Shown here piece by piece: positions 23,121 to 32,000 of a DNA stretch of 32,000 nucleotides. The stretch is from an uncultured Erysipelotrichaceae bacterium. GTDB lineage: Bacteria; Bacillota_I; Bacilli_A; Erysipelotrichales; Erysipelotrichaceae. Position 1 is the first letter of the stretch. Each line of letters begins with the position of its first letter. Under the pieces are notes generated by a model. That model saw only the letters and a list, made by a program, of their open reading frames with translations, did no database searches and was not told the DNA's origin. The position numbers were made by a program, and so were the translations under genes. The stretch is taken from assembly GCA_942492995.1 (NCBI GenBank), contig OW818653.1:1950001-1982000 (forward strand), given 5' to 3'.

Positions 23121-24558
23121 TAAACTGATATTTTAGAATTGGATTACGTGCTGCTTGTACATCATCAACACGTTTGACCGGAGTAGTATATGGCGCATTG
23201 AGAATCTTTTGAGGATCATCATACGCTAATTGTTTTAAGTCTTTTAAGACTTGAATAAAGTTATCCATACTTTCTTTACTTTCTGTCTCTGTTGGTTCAA
23301 TCATAAGTGCTTCATGAACGATAAGAGGGAAGTACATGGTAGGTGGATGCATCTGATAATCAAGCAGAGCTTTACAGATGTCTTTCGCACTTATACCCGT
23401 CTCTTTCTTGAGGTCAGCTAAACTTATGACAAACTCATGCATACACGTTTGAGGGTATGCGACAGGGAAAGTATCCTTTAATGCGTTCATCATATAATTT
23501 GCATTTAGTACTGCATTCTGACTCGCAGATTTTAATCCATCACTACCTAAACTCAAGATATAAGTATAGGCACGTACATTAACTAAGAAGTTACCATAGT
23601 AAGAGCGCATACGACCAATACTTAAGGTATCTCTTTCATCAATATAACGATAACCATAAGCTTCTTTGATTAATGTCCCTTGTGGTAAATATGGAACTAA
23701 ACATGACTTAACTCCAACCGGTCCGCTACCAGGTCCGCCTCCACCATGTGGGGTAGAGAATGTTTTATGTAAGTTTAGATGTACAACATCAAAGCCCATA
23801 TCACCAGGTCGAGCTGTTCCCATTATCGCATTTAGATTAGCTCCATCGTAATAAACCAATCCACCAACTTCATGGACAAGACGTGCTATTTCACTAATGT
23901 TTGGATCGAATAAACCAAGTGTATTTGGATTCGTCAACATCAACGCCGCAACTTCATCATTTAAAACAGCTTTAAGTGCTTCGACATCAACGCCACCTTC
24001 ATTGTTTGAAGGAACACTCACAACGGTATACCCAGCCATACTAGCACTTGCAGGGTTTGTGCCATGTGAACTATCTGGAACGATTACCTTTGTGCGCTTA
24101 GTATCGTTATGTGCTTTGTGATACGCACGAATTAACAGTAATCCAGTAAATTCACCATGAGCACCAGCTGCTGGTTGGAGGGTAAATGCGTCCATCCCTG
24201 TAATTTCTGTAAGGGATAGACTAAGTTTATCCATCAATTCAACAGTACCTGGAATACTTGATAATGCTTGATCAGGATGAATAGAAGTAAAGCCATCAAG
24301 ACTCGCCGCAAACTCATTGAGTTTAGGGTTGTACTTCATCGTACACGAACCAAGTGGATAGAATCCATTATCAACGCCAAATGAGTAACGTGATAGTTCC
24401 ATATAATGACGTACAATATCAACTTCACTCACTTCAGGTAAACGTGCTTTGGATAAACGTACATATTTCTCATCTAGTTTTACTTCAGGCACATCACAAG
24501 CATCAAATCGAACAGCACGTCTAAACGGTACACTTCTTTCGAAAATGAGTTGACTCAT
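23116..24558 (-). CDS. gcvPB: glycine dehydrogenase (aminomethyl-transferring) subunit 2
   Basis: 480 aa. [16 protein letters not shown] and the PLP-lysine region [16 protein letters not shown] are diagnostic. Confidence 0.95.
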   Translation of the reverse strand: MSQLIFERSVPFRRAVRFDACDVPEVKLDEKYVRLSKARLPEVSEVDIVRHYMELSRYSFGVDNGFYPLGSCTMKYNPKLNEFAASLDGFTSIHPDQALSSIPGTVELMDKLSLSLTEITGMDAFTLQPAAGAHGEFTGLLLIRAYHKAHNDTKRTKVIVPDSSHGTNPASASMAGYTVVSVPSNNEGGVDVEALKAVLNDEVAALMLTNPNTLGLFDPNISEIARLVHEVGGLVYYDGANLNAIMGTARPGDMGFDVVHLNLHKTFSTPHGGGGPGSGPVGVKSCLVPYLPQGTLIKEAYGYRYIDERDTLSIGRMRSYYGNFLVNVRAYTYILSLGSDGLKSASQNAVLNANYMMNALKDTFPVAYPQTCMHEFVISLADLKKETGISAKDICKALLDYQMHPPTMYFPLIVHEALMIEPTETESKESMDNFIQVLKDLKQLAYDDPQKILNAPYTTPVKRVDDVQAARNPILKYQFK

Positions 24559-25871
24559 ACTAGGACCTCCTTTAGACGACTTACAACACGATCAATATCT
24601 TCTTTTTTAATGGTTTCTGTACAACACCATAATGTTTCATGTGAACTTAAACTTAATCCAGACAATACATTGATTTCATCTAATACACGTTCGATAATTG
24701 TATTTTCAAGCGAACTTACAGTCACAAATTCATGGAAGAATGGACCTGTATATTTTAGTTTAAATCCTAACTTAACCAATTCATTCGCAAAGTAATGAGC
24801 TTTACGCATACTGTGTTCAGATACTTCTTTTAATCCACTTGGACCAACAGACGCTAAGTACATTGAAGCAGTTAATGCCATTAGAGCTTGGTTCGAACAA
24901 ATACTTGAACTCGCTTTTTCACGACGAATGTGTTGTTCACGAGCTTGAAGCGTTAATGTGAAAGCACGCTCACCATTTTCATCAACCGTTTGACCAACAA
25001 TACGACCTGGTAATCGACGAACTAAATCAGCACTCGCAGCCATAAAACCTAAGAAAGGACCACCATAGGACATTGGAATACCTAATGGTTGAGCTTCACC
25101 GATTGCGATATCTACACCATTTGCACGAGGTGTTTTTAAATAACCAAGTGTCATAGGATTTGTATATTGAACAAGCTTTGCGCCAGTTGAGTGAACAACT
25201 TGGCTAATATCCATCACATCTTCAAGTAACCCAAAATAATTAGGATGTTGGATGAAGAGTGCACCACATGTGTCATCACATTTGGATTTTAGATCATCTA
25301 TATCCACTACACCATCTTTACATTCCACATCAACGATTTCGACATTCAACCATTGCGTATAGGTGCGCATAACTGACACAACTTGAGGATGAATATTCTT
25401 AGGGACTAAGATTTTACGACGACTCTTTTCAATAACCATTTGGATTGCCTCAGCCGCAGCTGTAGCGCCATCATAGACCGACGCATTACATACATCCATA
25501 CCTGTTATCTCACACATTGAACTTTGGTATTCAAAGATTGATTGTAAGATACCTTGGCTTAATTCAGATTGATAAGGCGTATATGCACTGACAAATTCTT
25601 CACGATTACTGAGTTGTTTAACAACGCTTGGAATATAGTGATGTTCAACACCAGCACCACGAAGAATTGTTTTATACACTTTGTTTTTACTGGATAATTC
25701 CTTCAATGTATCAAAGACTTTAAATTCACTTTGACCAAGTTCTAAATTCAATGGTTTTTGTAAGATTAAATCTTGAGGTAAGTTGGCATAGAGTTCTTCA
25801 AGAGAACTCAAACCAATTTCCTTTAACATTTGAATTTGTTGGTCAGGTGTATTCGATAGGTAATCTGCCAT
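24555..25871 (-). CDS. gcvPA: glycine dehydrogenase (aminomethyl-transferring) subunit 1
   Basis: 438 aa. [11 protein letters not shown] and [19 protein letters not shown] motifs. ATGA overlap with gcvPB. Confidence 0.95.
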   Translation of the reverse strand: MADYLSNTPDQQIQMLKEIGLSSLEELYANLPQDLILQKPLNLELGQSEFKVFDTLKELSSKNKVYKTILRGAGVEHHYIPSVVKQLSNREEFVSAYTPYQSELSQGILQSIFEYQSSMCEITGMDVCNASVYDGATAAAEAIQMVIEKSRRKILVPKNIHPQVVSVMRTYTQWLNVEIVDVECKDGVVDIDDLKSKCDDTCGALFIQHPNYFGLLEDVMDISQVVHSTGAKLVQYTNPMTLGYLKTPRANGVDIAIGEAQPLGIPMSYGGPFLGFMAASADLVRRLPGRIVGQTVDENGERAFTLTLQAREQHIRREKASSSICSNQALMALTASMYLASVGPSGLKEVSEHSMRKAHYFANELVKLGFKLKYTGPFFHEFVTVSSLENTIIERVLDEINVLSGLSLSSHETLWCCTETIKKEDIDRVVSRLKEVLV

Positions 25872-25872
25872 A

Positions 25873-26238
25873 TTAATGACCCTTATCTAATGCGAGATAA
25901 TCAGCTTCTGATAATAGTTTAGATGGATCAATTTTACCTTCAACTTTGATAATCCAAGTTTCAAGTGGTTTAGCATTTAATATTTCTGGTGTATCATCCA
26001 ATTCTTTGTTTACTTCAATAACTTTTCCATCAAGTGGTGATAGTATTTCAGAAACCGCTTTAACGGATTCCACATCCCCAAAACGTTCACCAAATTTTAC
26101 TGTATCGCCAACTTCCGCATTGCTTAAGAAAACGATATCGCCGAGCGCATGTTGTGCGTAATCAGAGATTCCAACGACGACTGTATTATCATCTAATGCC
26201 ATAACCCATTCATGTGATTCTGCGTAATATTTTTCCAT
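25873..26238 (-). CDS. gcvH: glycine cleavage system H protein
   Basis: 121 aa. The lipoyl-lysine motif ESVKAVSE and the Y...HEW N-terminus. Confidence 0.95.
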   Translation of the reverse strand: MEKYYAESHEWVMALDDNTVVVGISDYAQHALGDIVFLSNAEVGDTVKFGERFGDVESVKAVSEILSPLDGKVIEVNKELDDTPEILNAKPLETWIIKVEGKIDPSKLLSEADYLALDKGH

Positions 26239-26251
26239 TTTTGTGCTCCTT

Positions 26252-27319
26252 TTAACGTTTATAAAACGGTAATTTTACCTTTTCTGCCTTTAATAATTTG
26301 CCACGAACATCAATCTCAAACTGTGTTTCTTTGAATAACTCAGCTGGTACAAATGCCATTGCGATGGATTGATTCAATGTTGGACTCTTAGTACCTGATG
26401 ATACAACCCCAACTTCTATTCCATTATGATATACAGGACATTGTTCACGTGCTATACCACGATCAATGAGTTGAAGACCAATTCTACGTTTGATTGGCTT
26501 TTCGCTAAGTGCTTCTTGCGCAATAAACTTCTCTTTATTTAATTTCACAAACATCGATAATCCAGCTTCTAATGGAGTTGTTTCATCGTTCAATTCATGT
26601 CCAAATAAAGGCATTGCGGCTTCTAAACGTAATGTGTCTCGACAACCCAAACCACACGGTTCTACTCCAAGATCTTTCCCGGTTTCTAAGAAAAGATTCC
26701 ATAGAAATTCAGTATCAGCCGCAGCTGTATAGATTTCATATCCATCTTCACCGGTGTAACCAGTACGACTAATTAATACATTCTTACCTGCAATATCCAC
26801 ATTCCCTTTGAAGGTATAGTATGGCATATCATTGATTGGTGTTAAGCGTTTTAAGAGCTCTTGACTAAGCGGTCCTTGGATTGCGATTTGTCCACAATCT
26901 TCACTGATGTCTTGGAATAATACATCCCCAAATAAATGTTCTTTTATGTAGCTAACATCTTTATCAATATTTGCCGCATTTACAACTACCAAGTATTCTT
27001 CCTCTGCCATACGATAGACTAGTAGATCATCCACTGCCGTCCCATCTTTTCGAACAAGGACACCATAGCGTGTCTTATCAATCTCTAAATCGCTAAAATC
27101 ATTACTAATTAGATATTGAAGATTCGCTAATGCGTCTTTTCCTGAGAAATGTAGTTCACCCATATGACTTACATCAAACAATCCTACTTTCGTGCGAACC
27201 GTATGATGTTCATGTATGATCCCATTAGAATAGTGTAACGGCATTAAATATCCACCAAATTCCACCATATTCCCATTATGATTCTTATGCCAATTGAATA
27301 GAGGAGTAATTTTATCCAT
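26252..27319 (-). CDS. gcvT: aminomethyltransferase (glycine cleavage T protein)
   Basis: 355 aa. It has TPL...H......M.EFGG..MP..Y, LFDVSHMGE and SRTGYTGEDGYEI. Confidence 0.95.
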   Translation of the reverse strand: MDKITPLFNWHKNHNGNMVEFGGYLMPLHYSNGIIHEHHTVRTKVGLFDVSHMGELHFSGKDALANLQYLISNDFSDLEIDKTRYGVLVRKDGTAVDDLLVYRMAEEEYLVVVNAANIDKDVSYIKEHLFGDVLFQDISEDCGQIAIQGPLSQELLKRLTPINDMPYYTFKGNVDIAGKNVLISRTGYTGEDGYEIYTAAADTEFLWNLFLETGKDLGVEPCGLGCRDTLRLEAAMPLFGHELNDETTPLEAGLSMFVKLNKEKFIAQEALSEKPIKRRIGLQLIDRGIAREQCPVYHNGIEVGVVSSGTKSPTLNQSIAMAFVPAELFKETQFEIDVRGKLLKAEKVKLPFYKR

Positions 27320-27334
27320 AGGTTCCTTTAACGC

Positions 27335-27520
27335 ACAAAAGGCGCTTAAAAAATAAACGCCTTCGTCTTTTTACCTGAAAGATTCTCTTACGATTGCCTC
27401 TTCGGTGGATTGACTCTCTCTACGAAGCTTTGTCCAATACCGGTCCCTTTTACCTGAGCGTTTATGCGTATTTCGCCTTCGGTGTCAATTTCTTGATCTC
27501 TCCCGGAATCTTCAACCAAC
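27335..27520 (-). promoter_or_regulatory. tandem glycine riboswitch with terminator expression platform
   Basis: The minus strand reads CCGGGAGAG...CACCGAAGGCGAAA...CTCAGGTAAAAGGGACCGG (aptamer 1), then GAGAGAG...CCACCGAAGAGGCAA...TTCAGGTAAAAAGACGAAGG (aptamer 2), then the hairpin AAGGCGTTT/AAGCGCCTT plus Ts, just upstream of the gcvT SD. Confidence 0.9.
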
Positions 27521-27530
27521 TATATGTTTT

Positions 27531-27558
27531 ATTATACCAATCTTTACCTAAAGCTCAA
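27531..27558 (-). promoter_or_regulatory. promoter for the riboswitch-gcv transcript, overlapping the lpd stop codon
   Basis: Minus strand: TTGAGC (27558-27553), a 16-nt spacer, then TGGTATAAT (27539-27531). The lpd TAG is at 27550-27548. Confidence 0.6.
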
Positions 27559-28852
27559 ACTGTAAGTCTCTAAAAACTTCACTTAAACTTGGATGTGCAT
27601 AGATAATCGTATGGATATCTCGACAATCAACTTTATTCTCCATTATCACAAGACATGTAGCGATTAGTTCAGATGCTTCACTACTCACGATTTCTACACC
27701 AATCATCTCATACTTATCGTTCACAATGCATTTTAAGTAAGAACGTGTATTTAATTTGATTTTTTGTTTGGCTAACGAACTGATTAATATTTTTTTTATT
27801 ATATACGCGATACCCATCTCTTTGGCATTTTCTTCAGTTAATCCAGCATACGCGATTTGAAGTGGTGTATAGATTACATATGGAACAAGCTTATTTTTTA
27901 TTTCAACATTGTTTGCTAAATAATCAATGAGTTGTTCACCTTGAACACTTGCGACATGGGCTAATTGGATGGATCCAGACACATCCCCAATTGCATATAC
28001 ATTAGGAATGTTTGTTTCAAACGAATTATTTACTTTAATAAACCCACGTTCAAGTTCAATATTTGTATCCTCTAGATGTAATGAATCGATATTGGCTTTA
28101 CGACCTGTCGCAATAATAACTTGATCATAATGGTTTTGTGTTTGGTTAAACTCTATATGGTACTGAGTATCCTTAGACCAATTATCAATCTTAGTATTAG
28201 TAAAGATCTGAATTCCAATACGTTTAAGTTCACGATCTAAGGTTTGCGCTGCCTCTTTCGGAACTTGGCTTAATATTCTTGGCGCAACTTCGATTAATGT
28301 CACATCATGCGTCATCATACGTAAAAAGCTCGCTAACTCTACCCCAATAACACCTGCCCCTACAATTAATATGGATTGCTTGGTAAGGAATGGTTTATGT
28401 AACACATCATAACTTGTGAGAGATCCATCAATTGAAATCGGACTTGAGGGTTTCGCACCAGTACATATAATAATCTTATCGGCAGTATATTCATTTCCAT
28501 CATCGTCCATTACATGTGAATTATCACTAAAGTGGATACGTTTATGGATGATCTCTACTTTAGATTGGATTAGAGCTTTCTCAAGATTAGTTTGTAGTTC
28601 TGATTGAACACTATTCTTATGACTATAAACAGATTCAACACTATTAAGTACATTTAATGTTTGATCCATTTCATTTACTTTATATAAATGAAAACTATCT
28701 TCTAATAAACTCTTTGTAGGGATACACCCTTCATTTAAACAAACACCACCAAGATTTTGGTTTGTAAATAACTGGACTTCCCATTTATATTTCGCAACTT
28801 TAAACGCTGCAGAATAACCTGCAGGTCCACTTCCAATAATAATCAATTTCAT
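27548..28852 (-). CDS. lpdA: dihydrolipoyl dehydrogenase (E3 / L protein)
   Basis: 434 aa. IIGSGPAGY FAD motif, redox disulfide GGVCLNEGCIPTK, second Rossmann fold VGAGVIGVE, and C-terminal HPSLSE. Confidence 0.9.
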   Translation of the reverse strand: MKLIIIGSGPAGYSAAFKVAKYKWEVQLFTNQNLGGVCLNEGCIPTKSLLEDSFHLYKVNEMDQTLNVLNSVESVYSHKNSVQSELQTNLEKALIQSKVEIIHKRIHFSDNSHVMDDDGNEYTADKIIICTGAKPSSPISIDGSLTSYDVLHKPFLTKQSILIVGAGVIGVELASFLRMMTHDVTLIEVAPRILSQVPKEAAQTLDRELKRIGIQIFTNTKIDNWSKDTQYHIEFNQTQNHYDQVIIATGRKANIDSLHLEDTNIELERGFIKVNNSFETNIPNVYAIGDVSGSIQLAHVASVQGEQLIDYLANNVEIKNKLVPYVIYTPLQIAYAGLTEENAKEMGIAYIIKKILISSLAKQKIKLNTRSYLKCIVNDKYEMIGVEIVSSEASELIATCLVIMENKVDCRDIHTIIYAHPSLSEVFRDLQFEL

Positions 28853-29820
28853 AGATTATCTTCCTTATGTGATAATGCGTTTATAATCGCATCAATTTTC
28901 TCATCGACATCCAATGTATTAAGTACTTTCAAGAGTTCTGTTTCATTTGGTTGATGACCAATAACCGCTTTTTCAATGGAACGACACCAATCTGTGTCCA
29001 TACTATCAGTATAAATATGATTGTTCACAATCGTTCCATCTTCTACTTCCATCATCCATTTAATACAACCGTAATCAAAACATTCTTCAAAATAAACTTT
29101 TTCATTATTTGTTTTACCTAATAACCATTCAATTGAACTAAACTGTTCAATCTTCTTAACATCAAAATCATATGGAATCGGATAAATATATGAATGAGTT
29201 TGATAATATTCTTGAACTGTTTTAAACAGTGTTTCAATTAAGGTTGAAATAGTAATTGGTTTAATATCGTTTAAATTCGCGATACGTGCAGCGACAGATT
29301 CCACATTCTTACGTTGAAGTTTCTTTGGGTTCACATTTAAGTATTTACCCAAACTTGGTTTATTCACATTAACCAATAAAGTCCCATGATGTAAATGTTG
29401 GTTCTTTAAATGTGAAAACGCATTACCTGATACTTTCGCACCATCCACTTCAATGTCATTTCTACCATTAACTGCGGCGTTGTACCCTAAATTTCTAAGG
29501 GTTTCGGCCATCATTTCCATCTGTTTCGAGATGTTAAACAATGATCCATACGCAATAAAGCTAAAGTTTAAATTGCCTAAGTCATGATAAACAGCACCAC
29601 CCCCTGATGTTCTTCGAGCAAGTGTGCCTTTATCTTCTAATAACTTTTCATAATGAACTTCACTTAAGGCGTGTTGGTTCTTTCCAATCACAACAGTATG
29701 TTCATTTTGCCATAAGTAAAAACGCACAGTATCAACAGGACATGTTTCAAGTAAATGTTGTTCAAGGGCTAAATTATAATGAGGATTCGTATTATGAGAT
29801 TGATAGAGTTCTAGTTTCAT
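28849..29820 (-). CDS. lplA: lipoate-protein ligase A
   Basis: 323 aa. RR.SGGGAVYHDLGNLNFSF and the K..G.A motif (GAKVSGNAF). ATGA overlap with lpd. Confidence 0.9.
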   Translation of the reverse strand: MKLELYQSHNTNPHYNLALEQHLLETCPVDTVRFYLWQNEHTVVIGKNQHALSEVHYEKLLEDKGTLARRTSGGGAVYHDLGNLNFSFIAYGSLFNISKQMEMMAETLRNLGYNAAVNGRNDIEVDGAKVSGNAFSHLKNQHLHHGTLLVNVNKPSLGKYLNVNPKKLQRKNVESVAARIANLNDIKPITISTLIETLFKTVQEYYQTHSYIYPIPYDFDVKKIEQFSSIEWLLGKTNNEKVYFEECFDYGCIKWMMEVEDGTIVNNHIYTDSMDTDWCRSIEKAVIGHQPNETELLKVLNTLDVDEKIDAIINALSHKEDNL

Positions 29821-29878
29821 GTTATCACCTATTCAAATTATAACAAAAAGCATACGTATTTATTCTTTGAATTCATTA

Positions 29879-29887
29879 TGCTAAAAT
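29879..29887 (+). promoter_or_regulatory. extended -10 promoter TGCTAAAAT driving a leaderless glutaredoxin-like mRNA
   Basis: TGCTAAAAT-tctttc-ATG(29894), with no SD. Confidence 0.6.
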
Positions 29888-29893
29888 TCTTTC

Positions 29894-30154
29894 ATGAACG
29901 AACTCTATTATTTTAAATTAAAGAACTGTCCGTATTGTATACGTGTAAATGGATATTTAGATGAATTGCTTAGTGAAGAGCGCTATAGATCAATTAATAT
30001 TAGACATATTGATGAAACCAAGGAAAGAGAATTAGCGAACTCCTATGATTATTATCTTGTCCCAAGTTTCTTCCTGAATCAGGATAAATTGTTTGAAGGA
30101 ATTATGTCGAAAGACGATGTAAGAATGGTATTAGACTCTGTAATAAAAAAATAA
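29894..30154 (+). CDS. glutaredoxin/NrdH-like thioredoxin-fold protein
   Basis: 86 aa. The CPYC active site is near the N-terminus (YYFKLKNCPYCIRV). Confidence 0.8.
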   Translation: MNELYYFKLKNCPYCIRVNGYLDELLSEERYRSINIRHIDETKERELANSYDYYLVPSFFLNQDKLFEGIMSKDDVRMVLDSVIKK

Positions 30155-30172
30155 AGACCCGAGGGTCTTTTA
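30153..30172. terminator. bidirectional hairpin between convergent genes
   Basis: Stem AAAGACCC / GGGTCTTT flanked by A- and T-runs. Confidence 0.65.
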
Positions 30173-30820
30173 TAAAATCATGATGAAATATAACAATGAA
30201 ACTAAGATTGGGATAAATAAATTATCAATTCCATGTGGAGATATTGCCTCAACTAAGGTTGCGACTAGACTTAATAAGAATACTTGTACAAAGTTAACTT
30301 GACCTAATTCGATTAATTGATACGCTACGATCACAATCATCGAAGTCACTAACATCGCTAAACTACCTTCTAAAGTCTTATGACCTTTGAATATCGTATA
30401 AGAATGTTTGCCATACTTTTGACCAATTAGAGCCGCAAAACCATCTCCATATGCCATTACTAATAAGCCTAAACCACCGACGATATGAAATGAACGAGTG
30501 TGGAAGGTTGCGGCAGTTAAGAGTAGCACCGCTACTGAATAGTAGATTGGTCCACTATTCGAATCTCTACGTTTAGTATTAATCGAGGGTATCCAATTAT
30601 AAATAACGTTTAATGTGTTGAAAATAATGAAGAGAATTGGGGCAGTAATCGCCAACCAATAATTCTTAATTAACAATGACGCAATTAACCACCAGTTCAT
30701 CACAAGGATATGTGTGAATGTACGACTAAACTCAAATGGTAAATGGGTTAAACGAGTCGAAATCGCAATAATTATAACGATGTATAAAATCGATAAAAAT
30801 AGTCCGAAAGTACTTTCCAA
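30170..30820 (-). CDS. diacylglycerol/polyprenol (dolichol/phytol) kinase family membrane protein
   Basis: TTG start 8 nt after GGAGG. A polytopic protein with YGDGFAALIGQKYGKH and KTLEGS motifs of the CTP-dependent kinase / CDS-like family. Confidence 0.7.
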   Translation of the reverse strand: MESTFGLFLSILYIVIIIAISTRLTHLPFEFSRTFTHILVMNWWLIASLLIKNYWLAITAPILFIIFNTLNVIYNWIPSINTKRRDSNSGPIYYSVAVLLLTAATFHTRSFHIVGGLGLLVMAYGDGFAALIGQKYGKHSYTIFKGHKTLEGSLAMLVTSMIVIVAYQLIELGQVNFVQVFLLSLVATLVEAISPHGIDNLFIPILVSLLYFIMIL

Positions 30821-30899
30821 AATTTAAACCTCCATTATGCACAAGATAAGTGTAAAACGAGCTAATTATAACTAGTTTTCACAAAAAGCACAAGTTCCC

Positions 30900-31688
30900 T
30901 TAAATATGTTTATATACATCACACTGAAAACTAAGTTCAGTCAATAAATGAGTTAATTGATAAAATGCGTTAATATTTGATTCTTTCGCATTATATCGAT
31001 ATGGGGTCATATCGAGTAAATCACGGATAGAATCAGGTGTATTTAAACTTAAATCTTGTTTAATCTGATACGATTGGACCAATTCAAAATCATTTGAATT
31101 AAGCGTAAATACTGGATTTAATTTTACCGTTTCATATAATTCTTTTTTTAATCCATATAGATGAGTAGGCATTGGATTAACAACGATAAAGATACCATTT
31201 TGTTTAAGCGCACGTTTTATCTCATCTAATTTAAAAGGTGCGAAAATGCATAATACACAATCAACTGAATTATTCATTATTGGTAAATCGGCGATACTTG
31301 CACAAAAATAGTAAGCATTTGACTGTTTAGATGCCAGTTTAAGCGCAGTTTTCGATAAATCAAACCCAATAAATTGAATATTTTCTAATCGATTGGCTAA
31401 ATGATTGGTATAATAACCTTCACCACATCCAAGATCAATACACGTTTCAAAAGTGTAGGATTTAAAAATTGTGTGGAGTTGTTCTAAAAGAAATGTATAA
31501 TGACCTTCGTGAAGAAAGCGATGACGTGCTTTAATCATTAAATCATTATCTCCATGAAGTCGTTTGGAGTTACTTAAAAATAGGTTAGTATAACCATACT
31601 TTGATCTATCAAATGTATGCTTATTCGCACATGTATATGCTTTATCGGATGCGAATAAATCGCGTTTACAGATGGGACATTGAATCAT
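30900..31688 (-). CDS. rlmA: 23S rRNA (guanine-N1)-methyltransferase RlmA
   Basis: The ATG at 31688 follows AGGATG. An N-terminal Zn ribbon CPICKRDL...YTCANKHTFDRSKYGYTNL is collinear with E. coli RrmA. SAM motif DLGCGEGYY. Confidence 0.85.
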   Translation of the reverse strand: MIQCPICKRDLFASDKAYTCANKHTFDRSKYGYTNLFLSNSKRLHGDNDLMIKARHRFLHEGHYTFLLEQLHTIFKSYTFETCIDLGCGEGYYTNHLANRLENIQFIGFDLSKTALKLASKQSNAYYFCASIADLPIMNNSVDCVLCIFAPFKLDEIKRALKQNGIFIVVNPMPTHLYGLKKELYETVKLNPVFTLNSNDFELVQSYQIKQDLSLNTPDSIRDLLDMTPYRYNAKESNINAFYQLTHLLTELSFQCDVYKHI

Positions 31689-31753
31689 ACATCCTATTTT
31701 ATCATAGATGACAATTAGAGCTACATTGTTTATACTGAAGAGAGAGGTGACAT

Positions 31754-32000
31754 ATGAAATTCGTATCATGGAATGTGAATGGTATAAGAGCCATTTTTAA
31801 TAAGGGTTTTGAAGAAATATTCAATAATTTTGAGGCTGACTTCGTGTGCCTTCAAGAAACAAAAATGCAAGAAGGACAGTTTGATTTTAGTCCTGTAGGA
31901 TATGAGAAATACTTTAATTATGCGGAGAAGAAAGGTTATTCTGGAACCGCAATTTATACAAAACATAAACCATTGTCGGTCAGATATGGAATACACGTAG
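31754..32000 (+). CDS. exoA: exodeoxyribonuclease III (3' end outside window)
   Basis: The ATG at 31754 follows AGAGAGGTGA. MKFVSWNVNGIRA......DFVCLQETK....YSGTAIY is collinear with B. subtilis ExoA. Confidence 0.9.
   Translation, partial: MKFVSWNVNGIRAIFNKGFEEIFNNFEADFVCLQETKMQEGQFDFSPVGYEKYFNYAEKKGYSGTAIYTKHKPLSVRYGIHV

Noticed and set aside
23666-26772. Six antisense ORFs inside gcvPB, gcvPA, gcvH and gcvT (23666-23851, 23897-24121, 24550-24795, 25946-26161, 26490-26732, 26572-26772)
   Set aside because: The opposite strand encodes unmistakable glycine-cleavage proteins. The antisense translations are low-complexity Ser/Pro/Thr-rich with no SD.
31766-31996. 76-aa minus-strand ORF at the window end
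   Set aside because: The plus strand here encodes a clear exodeoxyribonuclease III N-terminus with a strong SD. The minus ORF is spurious.
1-32000. Possibility of Mollicutes genetic code 4 (TGA = Trp), given the low GC
   Set aside because: TGA terminates gcvPA, lplA and several ATGA-overlapped genes at exactly the expected protein ends. Trp is encoded by TGG throughout.
1-32000. CRISPR arrays, rRNA genes, IS elements, T-box or other riboswitches besides the glycine riboswitch
   Set aside because: No regularly spaced direct repeats, rRNA-like sequence, transposase ORFs or other conserved leader motifs were seen in the intergenic regions on either strand.

Overview
This is a 32 kb chromosomal segment from a low-GC (about 35% by eye) Firmicutes-type bacterium. 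It uses the standard code: TGA terminates several genes, so this is not Mollicutes code 4. All calls come from reading motifs and the ORF track, with no database search.

Gene content, start to end:
- mgtE 3' end, deoD, and a tRNA cluster (Ser-GCU, Asp-GUC, Gly-GCC ... Gly-UCC).
- About 1.9 kb of accessory DNA splits that tRNA cluster. It carries an orphan membrane protein, a higBA-like toxin-antitoxin pair, and degenerate copies of the tRNA-Gly 3' end and terminator.
- A DUF1848 protein, a histidine phosphatase, and a GlpA-like / NAD(FAD) oxidoreductase / DUF1667 trio.
- An HD hydrolase, and a doubly CIRCE-controlled hsp20 carrying an in-frame TAA.
- A YbaK-like deacylase coupled to an FNR-like regulator. 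A perfect TGTGA-N6-TCACA box sits at about -41.5 of the downstream DUF438 gene.
- A sugar-kinase / Gfo-Idh-MocA / YgiD string, then uppP, a 2-hydroxyacid dehydrogenase, a GNAT-MazG pair, a CBS-type family II pyrophosphatase and a NUDIX hydrolase.
- A coupled HAD plus HEPN-like/CBS pair and an orphan A24 peptidase-like gene.
- A complete glycine-cleavage locus (lplA-lpd-[tandem glycine riboswitch]-gcvT-H-PA-PB).
- A glutaredoxin-like gene, a polyprenol-kinase family gene, rlmA, and the exoA 5' end.

I saw no CRISPR array, rRNA, transposase or integrase. I cannot demonstrate a clearly new system. The most interesting leads, in order:
1. The HAD / HEPN-like-CBS coupled pair.
2. The nonsense-interrupted hsp20 behind two CIRCE operators.
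3. The FNR-like regulator, its box and the DUF438 gene.
4. The mosaic tRNA-Gly insertion site.
5. Two textbook leaderless-mRNA promoters.
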